Assembly (NCBI GenBank): GCA_027053075.1
Contig: JALUEE010000090.1
Span: 1 to 64,000, forward strand
From: a candidate division WOR-3 bacterium
GTDB lineage: Bacteria > Hydrothermota > Hydrothermia > B15-G9 > WFZT01
Length of the DNA stretch: 64,000 bases
Direction: 5' to 3'
Positions 60,752 through 64,000 of the stretch are shown here, in pieces. Every line of letters begins with the position of its first letter. The stretch's first letter is position 1. The notes under the pieces were generated by a model. The model was not told the origin of the DNA, ran no database searches, and worked only from the letters and a program-made list of their open reading frames with translations. The position numbers and the translations under genes are program-made.

Positions 60752-61150
60752 CCCCTCACCTTGCCTCTCCCCGCAAAGAATTTATGCGGGGAGAGGAAGT
60801 TTTTGGGTGTAGGAGTAATTGATTGAACATGCAAACGGAGCGCATAGGCTAAATGAATTTCCACCTGTACATCCCTGCAATCACAATATAAATTACCAGA
60901 AAACCAAGTAGAACCTTTCTAACAAGCGAAACTTGTTTCCCCCAACAACACAAAATATTTCCCTCCCCTGCGCTTTGCGCTGGGGAGGGTGAGGGAGGGG
61001 TATTCCGCTTGAAATCTTGAAATTACATATCTAAACCATCACCCTTACCCCCTTCTGCTAAGCTGAAGAGGTAGATAGATTTTTCCTCAAAACTTTTGAA
61101 ATGTAGCCTCTTTCCTCAACCCTCTTAAACAAATTTTTGTGGGAAAAGTT
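60752..61150. repeat. Cluster of BoxC/REP-like hairpin modules
   Basis: CCCCTCACCTTGCCTCTCCCCGC-AAAGAATTTAT-GCGGGGAGAGG, and a GCGCTTTGCGC hairpin + GTATTCCGCTTGAAA. Confidence 0.8.
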
Positions 61151-61297
61151 TTTTATAAAATCGTCAACCTGTTTGAGCCCCCTCGTTTAGACGCTTCCTC
61201 GTAATTATGCGCCCCAATTTACACTGTAGCAAATTCAACAATGTGCACCAATAGAAACCCGGTTGTTTGTGCCATCGGTGGAAATTATCATATCAAT

Positions 61298-63064
61298 ATG
61301 AAGAAAGAGTTGAGGCCTGAGGAACTCAAAGATAGCCTGATTTCAGGTGCGGCCAATGTTATTAAAAATCGGGAAAAGCTCAACAAGATCAACGTCTTCC
61401 CGGTGCCGGATGGGGATACCGGTTCAAACCTTGCGGAGACCTTCAAAAGTATTCTCCAAACCCTAAAAAGTCGCGATTTTGACAGTGCCCACGCTCTTCT
61501 CAGTGCTGTATCACGAAACATGCTTAGAAATGCCAGAGGAAATTCAGGGGTCATATTTTCCCAATTTTTCTACAGTTTCAGCAAGTCTTTGAAGGGCAAG
61601 AAAAACGTTTCAATTCATGATTTTGCGGAAAGTATGAAGCAATCTATCAAAAAGACCTATGAAGCACTTGAAAAGCCTGTCGAAGGCACTGTTCTCACGG
61701 TCATCAGAGAGGTATCCGAAGAGGCTGAGAAAATTTCCTTGAAGGTAAATGATTTTCGTGAATTTATAGAGCATCTTCAGGAAACCGCTAAAAAATCGGT
61801 TGAAAAAACGCGGGAGACATTGCCACAGTTGAAAAAGGCACGGGTGGTGGATGCCGGTGGACTCGGATTCCTTTATTTTTTACAGGGAATTTCTGCTTAT
61901 TTTAAAGGAGATAGGATTAAATTTGATGAGGATTTTTCGGCATCCCGCGTTGACGAATACAAGGCTGAATTTAGCGAGAAGTATAGATATTGTACAGAAG
62001 TTTTACTTGAGGATAGCAGATTAAATTCTGTTGAAATAAAAAGGAAGCTCTCTTCTCTTGGAGATTCCCTTATTGTTGTGGGTGACCCGGCTCTATTTCA
62101 CATACATATTCACACAGACGAGCCTGAAAAAGTTTTTAAAACACTTTCCGAAGTTGGAAAAATCAGGATGAAAAAGGCCGACGACATGCATGCGCAGGTG
62201 CGCATCAGGCAGGATTATGCAATTCTTGTGGATTCAGGAATGGACCTCCCTCCTTCGTATTATCAAAAATATGGGTTCAAGGTAATTCCCTTTCAGGTTT
62301 TCGTCGGGAATAAATCGTATAAAGAAGGAGTGGATATATCTCGTGAAGAGATTATAAAAATCCTCACTTCAAACAGATGGAAAGAATTGAAAACCTCGCA
62401 GCCTGCCTTCTCCGATTATTTAGAAGCTTATAAAGAGCTCTTAAACCGGGCTCGTCACGTATATGCCATTCATCTATCTTCAAATTTCAGTGGCACATAT
62501 TCGAGTTCGGTTACAGCCGCGGAAAGGATTGACCCTGAGCGTATCACGGTTTTTGACACAAAACTGTTCAGTATTGCTGCTGGTCTGCTGGCTTTAAGGA
62601 TCAGAGATATGATTGAGAAAAAGATGCCGCGAGAGGAAATTCTAAAGAAAATTGAAGAAATTCGGCTCCAATCCTTTGCTGTAATAGTTCTCGATACCAT
62701 GAAAAATTTGGTTCATGGAGGTAGGGCTGGGAAGCTTAAAGGAGGGTTTGTAGATTTCCTTGGTATCAAATTGATTATCACCATTGATGAGGATGGATAC
62801 CTCAAAAAACTCACCCAGGCCTTTGGAAGAAAAGCCGCCCTCAAGAAAGTTTTATCTCTTTTGCGAGAGAAACTGGACCCGGGACGCACTTATGACTTTG
62901 GAATAGCTCACGTAAATACACCTCAAAAAGTGGAGTTTATCAGGGAATTCATCAGGTCAAATTTTAAGTACAGGGACATTATCGTGAACTACACCACCCC
63001 TGCAATTGCTGTCTATGGTGGTCCTGGAGCTTATGGGGTATTTGCGGTACCTGTAGAAGAATAG
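61298..63064 (+). CDS. DAK2 (FakA-like) + DegV (FakB-like) fusion, fatty-acid kinase
   Basis: NVFPVPDGDTG.N, ARGNSG, VDAGG, YCTE, HIHT, then DegV KTSQP, SS..SGTY, GGR; start set at ATG 61298. Confidence 0.9.
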   Translation: MKKELRPEELKDSLISGAANVIKNREKLNKINVFPVPDGDTGSNLAETFKSILQTLKSRDFDSAHALLSAVSRNMLRNARGNSGVIFSQFFYSFSKSLKGKKNVSIHDFAESMKQSIKKTYEALEKPVEGTVLTVIREVSEEAEKISLKVNDFREFIEHLQETAKKSVEKTRETLPQLKKARVVDAGGLGFLYFLQGISAYFKGDRIKFDEDFSASRVDEYKAEFSEKYRYCTEVLLEDSRLNSVEIKRKLSSLGDSLIVVGDPALFHIHIHTDEPEKVFKTLSEVGKIRMKKADDMHAQVRIRQDYAILVDSGMDLPPSYYQKYGFKVIPFQVFVGNKSYKEGVDISREEIIKILTSNRWKELKTSQPAFSDYLEAYKELLNRARHVYAIHLSSNFSGTYSSSVTAAERIDPERITVFDTKLFSIAAGLLALRIRDMIEKKMPREEILKKIEEIRLQSFAVIVLDTMKNLVHGGRAGKLKGGFVDFLGIKLIITIDEDGYLKKLTQAFGRKAALKKVLSLLREKLDPGRTYDFGIAHVNTPQKVEFIREFIRSNFKYRDIIVNYTTPAIAVYGGPGAYGVFAVPVEE

Positions 63065-63113
63065 ACCAATCCCTTTGGCTAAATAGAGAGGCAGCTAAGA
63101 ATCAGTTCTGTAA

Positions 63114-63722
63114 TTAGCCCTTTCTCGGGGCAATAACAAGAACAACATTATCCCCACGCCCAACCTGATAGACCCTGATCTTTCTATCCCTTTTGAGAAT
63201 ATCCCTGATGAGTTTTCTCTCTTCGGGGGAAAGGTCATCGTCAATGCGCATTTCCATGCCAGTTTCTTTTACCCTCTTTGCAACGGCTTTTGCCTTGTTG
63301 ATAATGAACTCTCTACGACGTCTCCTGTATCCAGAGACATCTATGTCCACATGGATGTCATTCTTTTTACGTTTGATGAGCAAGGAGAGAAGATAAGCAA
63401 GGGCATCCAGATTCTTTCCCTTTTTACCAATGAAAACAGAGTCATACCCCCTGGTATGTATGTTTACATTGTATCTTTTCCTCCTTCTCGGCTCTATATC
63501 AATTTCGACTTTGACACCGAGGGTATCAAAAAATTCTTTTATTACCCCTTCTATGATGTCAAAGTCCTCTTCGTCCAGATAGAGCCGAATTTTTGCAGGC
63601 TCGCTATTAAACCCTTCATTTATAATTTCAAAGCGAGCCTCACTCCTCTCTATGCCTGCCTTCCTTAGCGCCTTTTCCAATGCCTCTTCTACCGTTTTTC
63701 CTTCCTCTTCGATGTACCGCAT
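63114..63722 (-). CDS. jag: Jag/KhpB (EloR) RNA-binding protein
   Basis: GKTVEEA, KH motif IGKKG.NL.AL, R3H-like ERK.I; downstream of yidC. Confidence 0.88.
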   Translation of the reverse strand: MRYIEEEGKTVEEALEKALRKAGIERSEARFEIINEGFNSEPAKIRLYLDEEDFDIIEGVIKEFFDTLGVKVEIDIEPRRRKRYNVNIHTRGYDSVFIGKKGKNLDALAYLLSLLIKRKKNDIHVDIDVSGYRRRRREFIINKAKAVAKRVKETGMEMRIDDDLSPEERKLIRDILKRDRKIRVYQVGRGDNVVLVIAPRKG

Positions 63723-63725
63723 TCT

Positions 63726-64000
63726 CTACCCTCCGCTGTACTCTTTTTTGATCACGTACTGTTCAATTATGCTTAACAAATTATAAACAAACCAATAAAG
63801 TACTATCCCTGAAGGGAATTTGAGGAATAGTACTGTAATAAAAATGGGCATAAACAAAGCCATCATCCTGGCATTTTTATCCTGCGCTGGCTGAGTTAAC
63901 GCCTGACCAAGACTTGCCAGACCCATCAAAATTGGTAAAATGAAATAAGGGTCTGCACTTGAAAGGTCTTTTATCCATAGAATCCAGTGTGCCCCCCTCA
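63726..64000 (-). CDS. yidC: Membrane insertase YidC, 3' end only
   Basis: LWIKDLSSADPY, PSG..LYW..N. Confidence 0.9.
   Translation of the reverse strand, partial: RGAHWILWIKDLSSADPYFILPILMGLASLGQALTQPAQDKNARMMALFMPIFITVLFLKFPSGIVLYWFVYNLLSIIEQYVIKKEYSGG

Overview
A gene-dense, mostly housekeeping bacterial chromosomal segment with many overlapping or coupled ORFs. The organism is probably a diderm anaerobe: it has lnt, a FadL-type outer-membrane protein, lipoproteins and oxygen-sensitive Fe-S enzymes. A thermophilic FCB-related lineage such as WOR-3 is an impression only. Recognisable genes include mdh, nadE, menA, coaBC, rpoZ, pyk, cobB, queG, rsmI, ino1, tyrA/pheA/aroH, fba, guaB, tatC, lnt, dnaB, cysS, jag and partial yidC, plus tRNA-Glu(CTC) and tRNA-Gln(CTG). 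I saw no CRISPR array, prophage or transposase. The best candidates for something new are: (1) an AMP-forming long-chain acyl-CoA ligase coupled to a HadBC/HadI-type radical dehydratase, next to a FakA-FakB fusion; (2) a flippase + cytidylyltransferase + glycerol-1-phosphate-dehydrogenase-family operon, alongside an ino1 + CDP-alcohol phosphotransferase pair; (3) an unknown 367-aa protein with a duplicated domain; (4) a secreted protein with repeated OB-type modules in the tatC-lnt-dnaB operon; (5) apparently common leaderless genes; (6) three families of intergenic repeats (long perfect palindromes, BoxC/REP-like hairpins and a MITE-like element) and some sRNA/attenuator candidates. All calls come from reading motifs by eye; no searches were run.
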